NCBI GenBank assembly: GCA_033762295.1
Contig: JANRLW010000029.1
Coordinates: 1-28,272, forward strand
Reading direction: 5' to 3'
Length of the DNA stretch: 28,272 bases
Source of the DNA: Capsulimonadales bacterium
Lineage (GTDB): Bacteria > Armatimonadota > Armatimonadia > Armatimonadales > Armatimonadaceae
Shown: positions 28,194-28,272 of the stretch, one piece after another
How positions within the stretch are numbered: the stretch's first letter is position 1
How the letters are laid out: each line of letters opens with the position of its first letter
Position numbers and translations under genes: made by a program
Notes under the pieces: model-generated
Database searches by the model: none
Seen by the model: the letters and a program-made list of their open reading frames with translations, nothing else
What the model was told of the DNA's origin: nothing

Positions 28194-28272
28194 GGCGTTC
28201 ATCCTCCGAGGGAACGGTATCAGACTCAGTATACCGGTCCCTCAGCGAATCGACGGAACGGGTGGAAAGTGG

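Noticed and set aside
1..28272. CRISPR array, integron attC array, integrase or known defence genes
   Set aside because: I saw no regularly spaced repeats and no recombinase, nuclease or reverse transcriptase motifs. The only long repeat has two copies.

Overview
GC-rich bacterial chromosome segment. Two prepilin/DUF1559/H-X9-DG genes and a DUF6785/DUF6784-type membrane protein suggest Armatimonadota or a similar lineage (inference). From left to right it holds the 3' part of tRNA-Val(CAC), then gene and IS debris, then a RibD_C reductase. A long minus-strand block follows: beta-helix/propeller protein, DUF1559, secreted protein, OPT-like transporter, CDF transporter, PhyH dioxygenase, small lipoprotein, DUF1559, LacI regulator and a GH-like protein. 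Next come a surface-glycan locus (GT4, GT2, methyltransferase, Wzt, Wzm), a GH30 hydrolase, a lower-GC accessory stretch, and pgk. The strongest sequence-level signal is a 67-bp direct repeat (1 mismatch) made of the pgk 3' end plus a perfect hairpin. It brackets an integrase-free AraC-cupin-SnoaL cassette, and the SnoaL gene uses the duplicated pgk tail as its own C-terminus and stop codon. Also notable are a Pho-box-like repeat upstream of one DUF1559 operon, an autoregulated LacI-DUF1559-lipoprotein module, an uncharacterised GH-like protein with tandem DYW repeats, several apparently leaderless genes, and a probable CTG start. All family calls come from motifs read by eye; no searches were run.
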